A stretch of 41,444 nucleotides of DNA, taken from a virus (lineage: Duplodnaviria > Heunggongvirae > Uroviricota > Caudoviricetes). A model generated the notes under the pieces. The model saw only the letters and a list, made by a program, of their open reading frames with translations. It ran no database searches and had not been told where the DNA came from. Below, piece after piece: positions 28,183-37,983 of the stretch. Made by a program: the position numbers and the translations under genes. Positions within the stretch are counted from its first letter, which is position 1. Every line of letters begins with the position of its first letter. The stretch lies in the IMG/VR virus record IMGVR_UViG_2563366870_000005. The stretch is one strand, 5' to 3'.

Positions 28183-28377
28183 GTGAAAACGTATAAACCG
28201 CTCAAAGGTGAATGCCCTGCTTGCCAAACACAGCTTCAGACACCAAAGCCAAAACGATACCAAATCAACGAATGTTATGAGCACTGCCCTGGATGTGGTG
28301 CTTTCCTGCATACCATTGCAACGCACTGGCGTGTCCGCTTCAACCTTGTGGTACCACGTACGCACAATACCAACTGA
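28183..28377 (+). CDS. Small zinc-ribbon protein (CxxC ... CxxC)
   Basis: 64-aa ORF, GTG start with SD GAGGA 7 nt upstream; Cys pairs CPACQ and CPGCG; followed by a terminator. Confidence 0.5.
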   Translation: MKTYKPLKGECPACQTQLQTPKPKRYQINECYEHCPGCGAFLHTIATHWRVRFNLVVPRTHNTN

Positions 28378-28408
28378 ATCATCCATGTAATTGCTGTGTG
28401 TAGTCTTT

Positions 28409-28436
28409 GCCCGCCGCAAGTGACGGGCTTTTTTAT
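28409..28436 (+). terminator. Rho-independent terminator
   Basis: GCCCG ... CGGGC stem followed by TTTTTTAT immediately after the zinc-ribbon ORF. Confidence 0.55.
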
Positions 28437-28493
28437 GTCTGAAAGCGCACTCGCAACAGCGCGCTCCCCGATATGAAAAAAGGAATACAACCG

Positions 28494-28643
28494 ATGAAAC
28501 CTGAACACCTCTATCGACTGACGGGGCGCGATGTTCTCCGTTATCGCCGTAAAAACTTCGATTTGATGACCGGTCTGGCCGTTGCCACTGCGCTCGGTCT
28601 GATCATCACTTTCATTCTCCTTGTAGCGAGGACCACAGTATGA
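28494..28643 (+). CDS. Small membrane protein (49 aa, one TM helix)
   Basis: Not in the >=60-aa track. ATG 28494 with SD AAGGAA; C-terminal hydrophobic stretch (LAVATALGLIITFILLV); stop overlaps the next start (ATGA). Confidence 0.45.
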   Translation: MKPEHLYRLTGRDVLRYRRKNFDLMTGLAVATALGLIITFILLVARTTV

Positions 28644-29542
28644 GTTTAGAAACCAGTCTCGAACTTAATAATCAACTTCTGGCACAACATAATGCGCTGC
28701 TTGAACGTCTTATCCGCACAATGGCATCAGGCATTGTTATGCATCCTGACACGATTTCACGAGTGCAGGAATGTCGGGATACAGCAACTGAAACTGAAAA
28801 TATGTCAGCGGCAATGACACTGGATGATCTGGAGTTCAGCGACGTTATCGCACTGGCTGGTTTCTACCCGGTAGCCACCCCTATCACAGAAGACATGCTG
28901 CAACGTGCTGTTGCCTACCGTGATGCTGAAGGCGATAAACGAGTTGTTCAGATTGATGCCCTCGACAGCGCATTGCAGGGCGTCAAACGAGCCAGGGCGC
29001 TGCTTAAACCTGCTCTCCTGGACCTGTCCCGTAACATCCTTAAGTTCTGGGACGACCTGCCAACCATCGGCGAGCGACGTGCTTTTGCCGAGCAGCTACT
29101 TGATGCACCTGCGGATGGGCGTGATGAAGTTAAGCCGAAAAAGGCCAGTAACAAGGATGGAGAACGCACGGGGCCGTTTTACGTCAAAAATGTATCCGGC
29201 ACAGCAGCCAGTGAACTCCACACCTTACGCAAGTTGAACGAGATGCTGAAAAAAGGCCATATCGAGATCAACCGTGTTGAGTACCTTCAGCTGCAGGAAG
29301 AATTTGCACGCAGAGACGCAGCAAATTCCAGCCAGAATAATGACGCCAAAGATGACCATACAATTGATTTCGCGGCACTACGCAAACAAGCTGAAGGGTT
29401 GATCCTCCAGTTAGCAAAAGGGGGTTACCGGGCAGAAGCTATTGCAATTCTGGAAAAACAGGGAGCCAGGAAACTTGGTGAAGTAACGGATGAAAATCTC
29501 GCTGAAGTAATCACCCTGGCTGAAAAAGCACTGGAGGGTTAA
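28640..29542 (+). CDS. Hypothetical protein (first gene of the replication/recombination block)
   Basis: 300-aa ORF, ATG start, translationally coupled to the small ORF upstream and followed 3 nt later by the exonuclease gene. Confidence 0.6.
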   Translation: MSLETSLELNNQLLAQHNALLERLIRTMASGIVMHPDTISRVQECRDTATETENMSAAMTLDDLEFSDVIALAGFYPVATPITEDMLQRAVAYRDAEGDKRVVQIDALDSALQGVKRARALLKPALLDLSRNILKFWDDLPTIGERRAFAEQLLDAPADGRDEVKPKKASNKDGERTGPFYVKNVSGTAASELHTLRKLNEMLKKGHIEINRVEYLQLQEEFARRDAANSSQNNDAKDDHTIDFAALRKQAEGLILQLAKGGYRAEAIAILEKQGARKLGEVTDENLAEVITLAEKALEG

Positions 29543-29544
29543 TC

Positions 29545-30846
29545 ATGCCAGACGTTCATGCACAACTTTCTCCATCATCAGCGCATCGATGGATGCGCTG
29601 CCCAGGAAGTCTGGCGCTGGAGGCCACACAACCGGATAAAGAAACAACTTTTGCAATCGAGGGGACTGCAGCGCACGCGCTTGCTGAAAAAGTTCTACGA
29701 AACAGGCAAAGCCACCCGGAACACTACGCCGGATGCAATGTTTCTATGTTTCTCGGCTCATACCCCCTTCGCGAAAATCCTGATGATACATCTGGCCCAC
29801 AGGTGGATGATGAAATAGTCGAAGCCGTTGGCCGGTATGTTGATACGGTCTGGACTCTTGCACAGAATAATGAACTATTGGTTGAACAACGTGTTGATTT
29901 CTCACATATAACGGGTGTGGAAGAATCTTTCGGAACTGCTGACGGCATAATCATCGCTGGTAACGAATTACAAATCCACGACCTGAAATATGGCAAAGGC
30001 GTCCGCATTGATGCAGAACAAAATGAGCAACTACAACTGTATGCTCTGGGTGCGCTCGAACAATTCAGCATGCTGTATGACTTTGAGACTGTAAGATTAT
30101 TTATTCACCAGCCAAGGCTCAACCACGTTTCAGAATGGTCGTTAACCGTGCAGGAACTTCAGTCTTTCGGTAAACGAGCACAGGAGGCCGCAACCAGTGC
30201 GATCCTTGTTCTCAATATTGCTGAATGCGAAGGCATTGAGACACTACCGCTGGAAAACTTCATACCTGGAGAAAAACAGTGCCGCTTCTGTAAAGCAAAA
30301 GCTATTTGCACTGCCCAGAAAATGCAGCATTTACAAACAGCGGCCAGCGACTTTGAAGACCTGACAAAGCCTGTCAGCGAAATAATCACCAATGCCAGCG
30401 CACGTGTACCTCTGTTAACCATTGAGCAGCTTGCGGAGATCTATAGCCAGGCCGACTTTATTGAGTCCTGGCTAAAGGCAGTACGGGACCGGGTTCACAA
30501 TGAACTCAATGCCGGACATCCGGTACCGGGGTTTAAACTGGTAACAGGAAAACAAGGTAACCGGGCCTGGAGTGATGAAGAGGCAGCTCGCGCACTTCTG
30601 AAGGACCAGTTCAGGTACAAAACTGAAGAAGTATTCGACTTTAAACTTATTAGTCCCACAAAAGCCGAAAAACTTATCAAAAAGGCCAGTCCGCGCCGTT
30701 GGTCAAAAGTCGAGGCACTGATAACACGAGCTGATGGTAAACCCACCGTCGTTCCCGAGTCAGACCCACGCCCCGCACTCGATATCAACCCTGTAAATGA
30801 TTTCGACGACGTATCCGACGATACGCTAACCGCAGACCTCATCTGA
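29545..30846 (+). CDS. PD-(D/E)XK nuclease, Cas4-like (DUF2800-type) with C-terminal Cys cluster
   Basis: Motifs ([31 protein letters not shown]) and Cys cluster ([12 protein letters not shown]); SD GGAGGG; this family normally precedes an SSB-like gene and a DNA polymerase. Confidence 0.7.
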   Translation: MPDVHAQLSPSSAHRWMRCPGSLALEATQPDKETTFAIEGTAAHALAEKVLRNRQSHPEHYAGCNVSMFLGSYPLRENPDDTSGPQVDDEIVEAVGRYVDTVWTLAQNNELLVEQRVDFSHITGVEESFGTADGIIIAGNELQIHDLKYGKGVRIDAEQNEQLQLYALGALEQFSMLYDFETVRLFIHQPRLNHVSEWSLTVQELQSFGKRAQEAATSAILVLNIAECEGIETLPLENFIPGEKQCRFCKAKAICTAQKMQHLQTAASDFEDLTKPVSEIITNASARVPLLTIEQLAEIYSQADFIESWLKAVRDRVHNELNAGHPVPGFKLVTGKQGNRAWSDEEAARALLKDQFRYKTEEVFDFKLISPTKAEKLIKKASPRRWSKVEALITRADGKPTVVPESDPRPALDINPVNDFDDVSDDTLTADLI

Positions 30847-30861
30847 TTTAAGGAAATACCC

Positions 30862-31410
30862 ATGAAACTGAAGTTGAACAATGTTCGTCTGGCCTTCCCG
30901 TCTCTGTTTGAAGCTAAAACTGTAAACGGCGAAGGCGATCCGCGTTTCTCCGCAGTATTTTTAATGTCACCCAAACACCCACAACTGGAAGAAATCCGTA
31001 AAGCTATGAAGCAGGTAGCGAAGGAAAAATGGGGAGAGAAGTGGGAGCCCATTTATAGCCAGCTGGAGAAAAAACTCAATCTGTGCCTGCATGATGGTGA
31101 TGAAAAAGCAGAGTATGAAGGCTTCCCCGGTAATTTCTTCCTGAACGCTGCTAACAAAGCGCGCCCAGCTGTTCTTGATCGCGATCGTTCGCCACTAATT
31201 CAGGCTGATGGACGTCCCTATGCAGGGTGCTATGTAAACGCCGTTATCGATATCTGGGCACAGGACAATAATTTCGGTAAACGCATTAATGCCTCACTCG
31301 GCGGAGTCCAGTTCCTGCGAGACGGCGATGCATTCGCTGGCGGCGGAGTGGCAAGCGCTGACGATTTCGACGATATCAGCGAAGGTGCTGATGCTGAAGC
31401 ACTGATTTAA
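30862..31410 (+). CDS. Phage ssDNA-binding-like protein (DUF2815-type)
   Basis: 182-aa ORF, SD AAGGAAA; N-terminus MKLKLNNVRLAFPSLFEAK and acidic C-terminal tail (DDFDDISEGADAEALI) typical of SSB-like proteins. Confidence 0.65.
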   Translation: MKLKLNNVRLAFPSLFEAKTVNGEGDPRFSAVFLMSPKHPQLEEIRKAMKQVAKEKWGEKWEPIYSQLEKKLNLCLHDGDEKAEYEGFPGNFFLNAANKARPAVLDRDRSPLIQADGRPYAGCYVNAVIDIWAQDNNFGKRINASLGGVQFLRDGDAFAGGGVASADDFDDISEGADAEALI

Positions 31411-31425
31411 CCCTTCTTCATAGAC

Positions 31426-31444
31426 GCCCGGTTACACGCCGGGC
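31426..31444 (+). other. GC-rich hairpin at the left edge of the AT-rich insertion
   Basis: GCCCGG-TTACACG-CCGGGC stem-loop without a T-tract, at the junction between the SSB-like gene and the AT-rich SIR2-like gene. Confidence 0.3.
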
Positions 31445-31500
31445 GAGATCCAAAAAGCTATTGGAATTTTTACGGCTATTTGTTTTTATAGAGGTATTAC

Positions 31501-33003
31501 GTGTCAACTTTGAGAATCGGTATGGAAATCCAAGAGTTTGTAAGTCACTATAAAAACCACCCTGTTCTATTCATTGGAACAGGATTTAGCCTACGGTATC
31601 TAGAAAACTCATTTAGCTGGGATGGTCTTCTTTTGAGTGTCGCAATGGAACTAACCGGTAATGCTGAGTTTTACTACGATTTGAAAGCTGAAAGCCTAGA
31701 AGGTGACGACTATCGATATGATATCTTAGCTACAAAACTTGAAGATATTTTTAATAAAAAGCTGGCAGAAGATCGTAACGGTAAGTTCAAAGACATCAAT
31801 GATGTTTTCTATGAGCACATGAAAAAAGGAAAAAAACTAAGTCGATTCAAAATTTATTTAACTTCAATACTTAAAGACCTAAAGATAAAAGAGTCAATGA
31901 TGGAGGAAATAAACAGCTTAATAAAAACAAGAAAAAACATAGGCTCCATCATTACAACAAACTACGACCAACTCGTAGAGAACATCTTCGAATTTAACCC
32001 ACTGATTGGTAACAACATTCTTTTAAGTAACCCATACGGTTCAGTTTACAAAATACATGGCTGTGTTAGTGATCCTAACAACATAATTATCACAGGTGAA
32101 GACTACGCAAACTTCGACAATAAATATGAGTTAATTCGCGCTCAATTACTCTCAATATTCATACACAACCCTATCATATTTATAGGGTATAGTATTAGCG
32201 ATAAAAACATTAAGTACTTATTAAAAACCATATTCTCATACGTTGACTTAAATACCGAACTTGCAAAAAGGATAAAAGATAATTTTCTTTTGGTTGAATA
32301 CGAAAAAGACAGCATGTCAACTGAAATTACGGAGCATGACATAGATATAGAAGGCATGTCTATCATAAGAATAAACAAAATAAAAACAAACAATTACAAA
32401 GCTGTATATGATGCCATCTCGGGACTAGTTTTGCCAGTATCCGCAATGGACATAAGAAAGGTTCAAAAAGTTTGGAGTACCATCAAAAGTGGTGGTGAGA
32501 TAAAGGTTAAAATTACAGAAAATTTAGATGAACTTCGCAATGATGAAATGGTCATTGCTGTTGGTTCAGAAAGAACCGTACAATATGTTTATCAAACAAA
32601 ATCTGAAATGATACAGAACTATTTTAAAATAGTTGACGAAGCAAACTCTCAGCTTATCGCATTACTGAATAAGCAAACCATAGCTAATAGCGAACACTTT
32701 CCAATATACGCTTTTAGTTCTATCTGCCCTGAACTAGAAAATACCGAGACATACAGAAAACGGCAGCTAGATAAAATCATTGGTAACCTTTCTCGAATTA
32801 AAACATGTAAGAGTGAGGCTGTGTCTATTGATGAAATACTAAAAGAAACGAAAGAGTATAAAGTTGCTAACACGATTATGTATTGCGTACTAAACGATAC
32901 TATTTCATTGAAACAACTACGAGATTATTTAACAAAACCAGGGCATAAAATTGATACCCAATACAGGCGACTTTTATGCTTGTATGATTATTTATCATAT
33001 TAA
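31501..33003 (+). CDS. SIR2-like (ThsA-like NADase) domain protein with uncharacterised C-terminal domain; candidate anti-phage defence gene
   Basis: N-terminal motifs in ThsA order: VLFIGTGFS, IITTNYDQLVE, KIHGCVSD, IIFIGYSISDKN. GTG start with SD AGAGG 6 nt upstream. Lys/Asn/Ile-rich and visibly AT-rich compared with neighbours; own terminator. Confidence 0.7.
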   Translation: MSTLRIGMEIQEFVSHYKNHPVLFIGTGFSLRYLENSFSWDGLLLSVAMELTGNAEFYYDLKAESLEGDDYRYDILATKLEDIFNKKLAEDRNGKFKDINDVFYEHMKKGKKLSRFKIYLTSILKDLKIKESMMEEINSLIKTRKNIGSIITTNYDQLVENIFEFNPLIGNNILLSNPYGSVYKIHGCVSDPNNIIITGEDYANFDNKYELIRAQLLSIFIHNPIIFIGYSISDKNIKYLLKTIFSYVDLNTELAKRIKDNFLLVEYEKDSMSTEITEHDIDIEGMSIIRINKIKTNNYKAVYDAISGLVLPVSAMDIRKVQKVWSTIKSGGEIKVKITENLDELRNDEMVIAVGSERTVQYVYQTKSEMIQNYFKIVDEANSQLIALLNKQTIANSEHFPIYAFSSICPELENTETYRKRQLDKIIGNLSRIKTCKSEAVSIDEILKETKEYKVANTIMYCVLNDTISLKQLRDYLTKPGHKIDTQYRRLLCLYDYLSY

Positions 33004-33023
33004 GCATTCTTAACTTCGGTTAT

Positions 33024-33055
33024 AAAAAGCCGCCATTTTGGCGGCTTTTTATTTA
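33024..33055 (+). terminator. Rho-independent terminator after the SIR2-like gene
   Basis: AAAAA-GCCGCC-ATTTT-GGCGGC-TTTTTATTT: perfect 6-bp GC stem flanked by A and T runs, 20 nt after the stop. Confidence 0.8.
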
Positions 33056-33079
33056 TTAAATCCAACGGGTCCTTACTTG

Positions 33080-35155
33080 ATGCAAAAACTTTGGTTAGAC
33101 CTCGAAACTTTCAGCGAAATCCCAATAAAAAACGGCACCCATGTCTATGCAGAAGGAGTCGAAATCATGTTATTCGCATGGGCAATCGACGAAGACCCCG
33201 TCAGCGTACACGATTTAACCACAGACTATAACTTGCCGACACGACTACTGACAGCTCTCAGCGATGAGAGCGTACTAATATATGCACACAACAGCCATTT
33301 CGATCGCACCATGTTGCGCCATGCATTGCTGCACACTCCCCAATGCGTTGTTGCAGGTAGTGCCAAACGCTGGCGAGACACAATGGTGCAGGCGCTGGCG
33401 CACGGTCTCCCGGGGTCTCTGGGGGAACTCTGCGAAATACTCGGCGTCCCGCAAGACAAAGCGAAGGACAAAGAAGGTAAAGCGCTGATCCAGCTGTTCT
33501 GTAAGCCCCGCCCGAAAAACAGCAAACTGCGCCGTGCCACCAGCAAAACCCACCCGGAAGAATGGCGGCGCTTTGTTGCTTACGCCGGACTGGATATCGA
33601 GGCAATGCGCGAAGTCTATAAACGTCTGCCAAAGTGGAATTATCAGGGGACAGAACTGGCGCTCTGGCATCGTGATCAGCAGATCAATGACCGGGGCGTC
33701 TGCATGGACGTGGAACTCGCACGCGCTGCGATCGACGCGGTAGACCAGGAACAAAAGCGCCTGGCAAAGCGTACACAGGAAATGACTGATGGCGAAGTGC
33801 AGGCAGCCACACAACGAGACGCGTTGATTAAGCACATTGTTGAATCCTACGGTGTGGAGCTACCAGACATGCAACGCAGTACTCTGGAACGTCGTATTGC
33901 CGACCCCGATTTACCATCTGCCGTGAAAGAACTGCTGGCTATCCGCCTGCAGGCCAGTACTACCAGCACCAGTAAATACAAGGCACTGATGAAAGGCGTA
34001 AGCCACGACGGGCGCTTACGCGGTACGCTACAGTTCTGCGGGGCGTCACGTACCGGTCGTTGGGCCGGACGGCTATTCCAGCCCCAGAACCTTCCCCGCC
34101 CTTCACTAAAACAGGAACAAATAGACGAAGGCATCGAAGCACTGAAAGCCGGATGTGCAGACCTGCTGTTTGACAATATCATGGAACTAACCAGTTCAGC
34201 GTTACGTGGCTGCATTATCGCGCCAACAGGCAAAAAGCTGGTGGTAAGTGACTTGTCGAACATTGAAGGCCGTATGCTGGCATGGCTGGCGGGAGAAGAA
34301 TGGAAACTGAATGCATTCAGAGAGTACGACGCCGGAACGGGTCCGGACTTATATAAACTGGCGTATGCAAAAGCTTTCGATATTGCACCAGATGATGTTG
34401 ATAAACACATGCGTCAGATCGGTAAAGTCATGGAACTCGGTCTGGGTTATGGTGGTGGTGTGTCGGCCTTCATCACTTTTGCACTGGTTTACGGTCTCGA
34501 TCTCGACGAGCTGGCGAACGCCGCACTACCAAACATTCCCCGCGATGTTATCCGCGAGGCGAAAAGCTGGTACGACGAATCGGTTAAACGCAAGTCAACC
34601 TACGGGCTTTCTGAACGGGTATTTATCGCCTGCGACTCACTTAAACGTCTCTGGCGCCGGGCGCATCCCGCGACCTGTGATTTCTGGTACGATCTGGAGC
34701 GCACCGTCCGCACTGCAATCGCCACACCGCAAAAAACATTGTATTGCGGTTATCTTAAAATCCGCCGCGATGGCGCGTGGCTGCGCATACAGCTACCATC
34801 CGGACGCGCTGTATGCTACCCGTCTCCGGTTATCGAAAAAGGGAATATCACCTACATGGGGGTTAACTCTTATTCGCGTAAATGGCAACGACTCAAAACC
34901 TACGGCGGAAAGCTGGTGGAGAACATCACCCAGGCGGCCGCCCGCGACATTCTGGCCGGAAACATGCCGCTTATCGAAGATGCCGGTTACAGCATTGTGC
35001 TGACGGTACACGACGAGGTGATCACCGAAGCACCTGACACAGAAGATTTCAACGATAAAGCGCTTTCCGCACTTCTCTCCACTAACCCCGAATGGGCGCC
35101 CGATATCCCACTGAACGCTGGCGGTTTTGAGGCGTACCACTACCGTAAGGATTAA
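33080..35155 (+). CDS. DNA polymerase, family A, with N-terminal 3'-5' exonuclease domain
   Basis: Exo motif [10 protein letters not shown] at the N-terminus; polymerase motifs A ([16 protein letters not shown]), B ([16 protein letters not shown]), C (VLTVHDEV). Preferred start ATG 33080; track start 33038 is TTG inside the terminator. Confidence 0.8.
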   Translation: MQKLWLDLETFSEIPIKNGTHVYAEGVEIMLFAWAIDEDPVSVHDLTTDYNLPTRLLTALSDESVLIYAHNSHFDRTMLRHALLHTPQCVVAGSAKRWRDTMVQALAHGLPGSLGELCEILGVPQDKAKDKEGKALIQLFCKPRPKNSKLRRATSKTHPEEWRRFVAYAGLDIEAMREVYKRLPKWNYQGTELALWHRDQQINDRGVCMDVELARAAIDAVDQEQKRLAKRTQEMTDGEVQAATQRDALIKHIVESYGVELPDMQRSTLERRIADPDLPSAVKELLAIRLQASTTSTSKYKALMKGVSHDGRLRGTLQFCGASRTGRWAGRLFQPQNLPRPSLKQEQIDEGIEALKAGCADLLFDNIMELTSSALRGCIIAPTGKKLVVSDLSNIEGRMLAWLAGEEWKLNAFREYDAGTGPDLYKLAYAKAFDIAPDDVDKHMRQIGKVMELGLGYGGGVSAFITFALVYGLDLDELANAALPNIPRDVIREAKSWYDESVKRKSTYGLSERVFIACDSLKRLWRRAHPATCDFWYDLERTVRTAIATPQKTLYCGYLKIRRDGAWLRIQLPSGRAVCYPSPVIEKGNITYMGVNSYSRKWQRLKTYGGKLVENITQAAARDILAGNMPLIEDAGYSIVLTVHDEVITEAPDTEDFNDKALSALLSTNPEWAPDIPLNAGGFEAYHYRKD

Positions 35156-35160
35156 CTCCT

Positions 35161-35376
35161 ATGTCATTTAAATACCGGGACAATCCACTTTATTACAGGG
35201 CTGCAAGGGAAGCTTTGCGACTTGAACAATCCGGCGAATATGACCGGGCAGCGGAGGTCTGGGCAAAAGCCAACCGCGAATCACATCACGAACTGAATCA
35301 GGAATGGAGTGAACGCAGATCTGATTTTTGCCTGATGCAGAACATGCGTGAAAAGCGTAAGGCGGTCGAAGAATGA
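35161..35376 (+). CDS. Small hypothetical protein
   Basis: 71-aa ORF with ATG start, translationally coupled (ATGA) to the next gene. Confidence 0.5.
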   Translation: MSFKYRDNPLYYRAAREALRLEQSGEYDRAAEVWAKANRESHHELNQEWSERRSDFCLMQNMREKRKAVEE

Positions 35377-35672
35377 TCGTTTACGTTGCCGGGCCGATGA
35401 GCGGTTACGAGCAATTTAACCGCCCGGCCTTTCATTCCGCAGCAAAGAGGCTAACGGACAAGGGATATGTTGTGCTTAACCCCGCAACTTTACCCAATGG
35501 TTTGACACAGGCTCAGTACATGGACATCTGCCTCGCAATGCTTCGCTGTGCCGATACGATTTATATGCTCAAAGAGTGGGAGTACTCTGCCGGCGCACGT
35601 GCAGAAAACGCGTTGGCAGAGAAACTGGAATTGAATGTGCTTTTTGAAGAGTGGGATTCAGATGGCCTATGA
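35373..35672 (+). CDS. DUF4406-like protein (nucleoside 2-deoxyribosyltransferase-like fold)
   Basis: 99-aa ORF beginning MIVYVAGPMSGYEQFNRPAF, as in DUF4406 proteins common in phage replication modules. Confidence 0.55.
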   Translation: MIVYVAGPMSGYEQFNRPAFHSAAKRLTDKGYVVLNPATLPNGLTQAQYMDICLAMLRCADTIYMLKEWEYSAGARAENALAEKLELNVLFEEWDSDGL

Positions 35673-35955
35673 ACGTGAAAACCTAATCGAGAAGCATCTC
35701 GTCGCCGAAGTGAAAAAGGCTGGTGGGGTCGCCTTTAAGTTCATATCACCTGGTCGCCGCTCGGTACCAGATCGCATTGTTCTGCTACCCGGCGGCCGTC
35801 TCGTTTTCGTTGAATGTAAATCTCCCGGCAAGCCACCACGGCCTGACCAGTTGCGCGAGCATGAACGTCTGCGAAAGCTGGGCTTTACCGTGGTAGTACT
35901 GGATAGCAAAAATCTGGAGGGGATATTGTGCGGGGAGCCTATTACAACGAAATAG
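35662..35955 (+). CDS. VRR-NUC domain nuclease
   Basis: Motif PDRIVLLPGGRLVFVECKSPGK (D ... E-x-K) typical of VRR-NUC PD-(D/E)XK nucleases; ATG 35662 overlapping upstream stop; track start 35635 probably too far upstream. Confidence 0.65.
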   Translation: MAYERENLIEKHLVAEVKKAGGVAFKFISPGRRSVPDRIVLLPGGRLVFVECKSPGKPPRPDQLREHERLRKLGFTVVVLDSKNLEGILCGEPITTK

Positions 35956-36941
35956 ACCCTAACGCAGCACAATGGCTGCGTAACCTTATTGCTGCGGGTC
36001 ATATCGCCCCGGGTGAAGTTGATGAAAGGAGTATCGAAGATGTCGCACCAGACGACTTGCGCGGATTCACACAGTGCCATTTCTTCGCCGGGATCGGCGT
36101 CTGGTCTTATGCTCTGCGTCTGGCCGGATGGCCGGATAACAAACCGGTCTGGACAGGAAGTTGCCCGTGCCAGCCTTTCAGCTCGGCTGGTAAAGGCGCT
36201 GGGTTTGATGACGAGCGGCACCTATGGCCAGCACTATTCCACCTCATCAGCGAGCGACGCCCTAAGCTGGTATTTGGCGAACAGGTTGCGGGAGTCAATG
36301 CCTGGTTCGATCTTGTACAAACTGACGTGGAGGCAGTGGACTACGCCTTTGGGCTTGTCCCGTTTCCGGCTGCGGGCGTCGGTGCCCCGCATATCCGAGA
36401 TAGAGCGTATTGGGTGGCCGACGCCAGCGGCGAGCGACCACAGCGGTGGCGAAAGCGCCTCAATAGCATTGAGGAAGATGTCTGGAGATCGTCGACCGTC
36501 CGGCAACACGCTACACAGCTCCCTGCGGGATTTTGCTCACCTGGCGGGGTGGTACACCCCAACCTGCAACACAAACCCACAGCCGGAGACAAAACGCGGT
36601 CTAGAAACCTTAGCGGGGCTATCCAGATTAGCGGGATGGCCGACAGTGACGACGGTCGACAACAACCAAGTTCGTGGCGAGGGCGCAGCGGCCAATCATA
36701 CCAAACGGGGAACGACCCTCGGCGGCCCAATACGATTAACAGCTGCTGGGATGATGCTGACTGGCTCCTCTGCCGGGATGGTCGCTGGCGGCCAGTTGAA
36801 TCCGGCACATTCCCGTTGGCTCATGGGATTACCTCCAGAGTGGGACGACTGCGCGCCTACGGCAACGCGATAGTCGCACCAGCTGCCGCAACATTCATCC
36901 GCTCGTTTATGGAATGCGCAGGATACGACCTCATCTGTTGA
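35928..36941 (+). CDS. DNA (cytosine-5)-methyltransferase, orphan
   Basis: Motif I FFAGIGV, motif IV PCQPFS (catalytic Cys), C-terminal RAYGNAIV; GTG start with SD GGAGGGG; no adjacent restriction endonuclease recognised. Confidence 0.75.
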   Translation: MRGAYYNEIDPNAAQWLRNLIAAGHIAPGEVDERSIEDVAPDDLRGFTQCHFFAGIGVWSYALRLAGWPDNKPVWTGSCPCQPFSSAGKGAGFDDERHLWPALFHLISERRPKLVFGEQVAGVNAWFDLVQTDVEAVDYAFGLVPFPAAGVGAPHIRDRAYWVADASGERPQRWRKRLNSIEEDVWRSSTVRQHATQLPAGFCSPGGVVHPNLQHKPTAGDKTRSRNLSGAIQISGMADSDDGRQQPSSWRGRSGQSYQTGNDPRRPNTINSCWDDADWLLCRDGRWRPVESGTFPLAHGITSRVGRLRAYGNAIVAPAAATFIRSFMECAGYDLIC

Positions 36942-36943
36942 TA

Positions 36944-37873
36944 TTATGGGTTAGGTAATGCACGATTATTAAAATTATCAATAATTTGCAACGCCGCCGT
37001 TTGTCCGCCAGCCAATAGCCCTGCTTTACTCAGAAGGTATTTAGGGAATTTGGTTGGTAAATAAACCGCACGAAGCCAGTGCCTGAATACAGCTAAAGCA
37101 TTATCAGGGTATGCATAGACCATTTGGGGATTACTTGCGGATTGGTTGAATTCTTCAGGGTAATAGTGCTGGCAGCGTTGTCTTGGGCCAATCGTCGCAT
37201 CGTAGTTGGAAGAAGACCAGTAGCGAGCCCAATGCTGGCCCACACTGATATCCGGTACAGTGTACTGGTTTACTGCTAATCCAGCATGGATGAGGTCTAC
37301 CATTAAACCGGCAATTTCATTGAATACAATGAAGTGTCCAGCAGGAACCGAGTTTGCCCCATGCATGATTGACACACGAGAGTGGTAATGACGCCAAGGG
37401 TCATCAGGTATGTAGCCAAGCGCTGTATAGATGTAACCACGCATACCCGCACGGGATAGCTCGCGGAAAAACTGTAGCGCAGTAGGAGTTGCAGCACTTT
37501 GAGATACAAATGCGTAGAACTCCAGAATAGCCATACAGACTACTTCTGGGTACGCATAATGGACTGACCCATCTTTGTTGATTGGGATATAAAGAGTCGG
37601 CTCATTATATTGCTCACGCTGTAAATATGAGCTGATAAACTCCATACGCCCTCGAGCGAAAACTCCGTGGCGGAAGCTCTCTTCCCACTCTCGAGAAATA
37701 TCCGCGATATTACTGCGATGCACCCCGCAAATCCTGGCCAGCCCATTTTGCGTAAGGTAGGAGATCCCGTTCTGAAGAACCCCCATTTCTATTTCGTTAA
37801 AAACCCCCTCGGTACTAACACCTAAGTCCAGTACTTGTTGGGGTGCGGGTTGCTGACCACCAAATTCACTCAT
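36944..37873 (-). CDS. Hypothetical HTH-domain protein, opposite strand to flanking genes
   Basis: 309-aa ORF with ATG and SD AAGGA; N-terminal HTH-like motif (LTQNGLARICGVHRSNIADI) plus ~220-aa unrecognised C-terminal domain; convergent with the methyltransferase (stops 2 bp apart). Confidence 0.6.
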   Translation of the reverse strand: MSEFGGQQPAPQQVLDLGVSTEGVFNEIEMGVLQNGISYLTQNGLARICGVHRSNIADISREWEESFRHGVFARGRMEFISSYLQREQYNEPTLYIPINKDGSVHYAYPEVVCMAILEFYAFVSQSAATPTALQFFRELSRAGMRGYIYTALGYIPDDPWRHYHSRVSIMHGANSVPAGHFIVFNEIAGLMVDLIHAGLAVNQYTVPDISVGQHWARYWSSSNYDATIGPRQRCQHYYPEEFNQSASNPQMVYAYPDNALAVFRHWLRAVYLPTKFPKYLLSKAGLLAGGQTAALQIIDNFNNRALPNP

Positions 37874-37983
37874 TTTATTGTTTATCCTTACATTTAACCC
37901 TGTGGGTTACCTTCGCTGTGAATAGTAAAAATTGCCAGGCCAACTGGTGCGACCTCTAACTAGCAAAAATTTGCGAGATTATA

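Noticed and set aside
31461-31489. Dedicated sigma70 promoter for the SIR2-like gene (TTGGAA-17-TTTTAT)
   Set aside because: The -10 hexamer would put the transcription start at or past the SD (AGAGG 31490-31494); only an upstream promoter or read-through is consistent with the GTG start, so it is not annotated.
31501-33003. Calling the SIR2-like gene a canonical Thoeris ThsA
   Set aside because: No TIR-domain (ThsB) gene is adjacent and the C-terminal half lacks the SLOG-like motifs I recall for ThsA, so it is reported as a SIR2-like single-gene candidate.
35662-36941. VRR-NUC nuclease plus C5-methyltransferase as a restriction-modification pair
   Set aside because: The VRR-NUC protein is only ~97 aa with no specificity domain, typical of phage replication-associated nucleases; the methyltransferase is better explained as an orphan.
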